A stretch of DNA of 64,000 bases, from the NCBI RefSeq assembly GCF_058153355.1, contig NZ_CM177019.1, one strand, 5' to 3'. A program made the translations under genes and the position numbers. The first letter of the stretch is position 1, and the number at the start of each line of letters is the position of its first letter. Below, piece by piece: positions 63,303 through 64,000 of this stretch. The notes beneath the pieces were generated by a model. That model made no database searches. It saw nothing but the letters and a program-made list of their open reading frames with translations, and was not told the DNA's origin.

Positions 63303-64000
63303 TTACAGCACCAGTGCTGCGATTGACGCAGACAGCACACTCACCAGAGTAGAGCCGTAAACCAGTTTCAGACCGAAGCGAGAAACCACGTTACCTTGCT
63401 CTTCATTCAGGCCTTTAACCGCACCGGCGATAATCCCGATAGAAGAGAAGTTAGCGAAGGAAACCAGGAACACAGAGATGATGCCTTCAGCACGCGGAGA
63501 GAGCGTGGAAGCAATTTTCTGCAGATCCATCATTGCAACGAACTCGTTGGAAACCAGTTTGGTCGCCATAATACTGCCCACCTGCAGTGCTTCACTGGAA
63601 GGAACACCCATCACCCAAGCAACCGGATAGAAGATGTAGCCCAGGATGCCCTGGAAGGAGATGCTGTAGCCAAACCAGCCAGTCACAGTGGCAAACAGTG
63701 CGTTCAGCGCAGCGATCAGGGCGATAAAGCCGATCAGCATCGCGGCAACGATAATGGCAACTTTGAAACCTGCCAGAATGTATTCACCCAGCATTTCGAA
63801 GAAGCTCTGACCTTCGTGCAGGTTGGACATCTGAATGTTTTCTTCACTGGCATCAACACGGTAAGGGTTGATCAGCGACAGCACGATAAAGGTGCTGAAC
63901 ATGTTCAGTACCAGCGCCGCAACGACGTATTTCGGCTCCAGCATCGTCATGTATGCACCAACGATGGACATCGACACGGTGGACATCGCCGTAGCTGCCA
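63303..64000 (-). CDS. nupC: nucleoside permease NupC, C-terminal part (gene continues beyond window end)
   Basis: Minus-strand frame ends ...[16 protein letters not shown]; polytopic membrane protein; the track Met at 63986 is internal. Confidence 0.88.
   Translation of the reverse strand, partial: AATAMSTVSMSIVGAYMTMLEPKYVVAALVLNMFSTFIVLSLINPYRVDASEENIQMSNLHEGQSFFEMLGEYILAGFKVAIIVAAMLIGFIALIAALNALFATVTGWFGYSISFQGILGYIFYPVAWVMGVPSSEALQVGSIMATKLVSNEFVAMMDLQKIASTLSPRAEGIISVFLVSFANFSSIGIIAGAVKGLNEEQGNVVSRFGLKLVYGSTLVSVLSASIAALVL

Overview
Enterobacterial (Escherichia coli-like) chromosomal segment, mostly syntenic with the K-12 tktB to nupC region in reverse orientation. Gene identities come from reading the supplied translations and from remembered K-12 gene order; no database search was run. 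Content in order: a partial IS110-family (IS621-like) element, tktB-talA, maeB, a complete 17-gene eut ethanolamine-utilisation/microcompartment operon (eutSPQTDMNEJGHABCLK + eutR), a two-gene AT-rich insert, hemF-amiA, ypeA-yfeZ-yfeY-yfeX, pbp4B-murP-murQ/murR, ucpA, cysPUWAM, yfeS-yfeK, pdxK, an IS4 copy, crr-ptsI-ptsH, cysK, cysZ, zipA-ligA-ypeB, yfeH, yfeR, yfeN, xapA(with premature stop)-xapB-xapR, a Val-Val-Val-Lys tRNA operon, gltX, yfeD-yfeC, two tRNA-Ala, yfeA and the 3' part of nupC. Most of the window is core metabolism. The points worth a second look are: (1) the IS110-family element in a REP downstream of tktB, whose ~178-nt leader is a candidate bridge RNA and contains an 11-mer matching the insertion flank at 10/11 positions; (2) a two-gene insert between eutR and hemF encoding a Cys-rich 420-aa protein and a small membrane protein; (3) an IS4 with a 12-bp target duplication splitting the shared pdxK/crr terminator; (4) an in-frame stop in xapA; (5) a possible 52-codon membrane ORF between xapB and xapR. 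No CRISPR array or prophage was seen.
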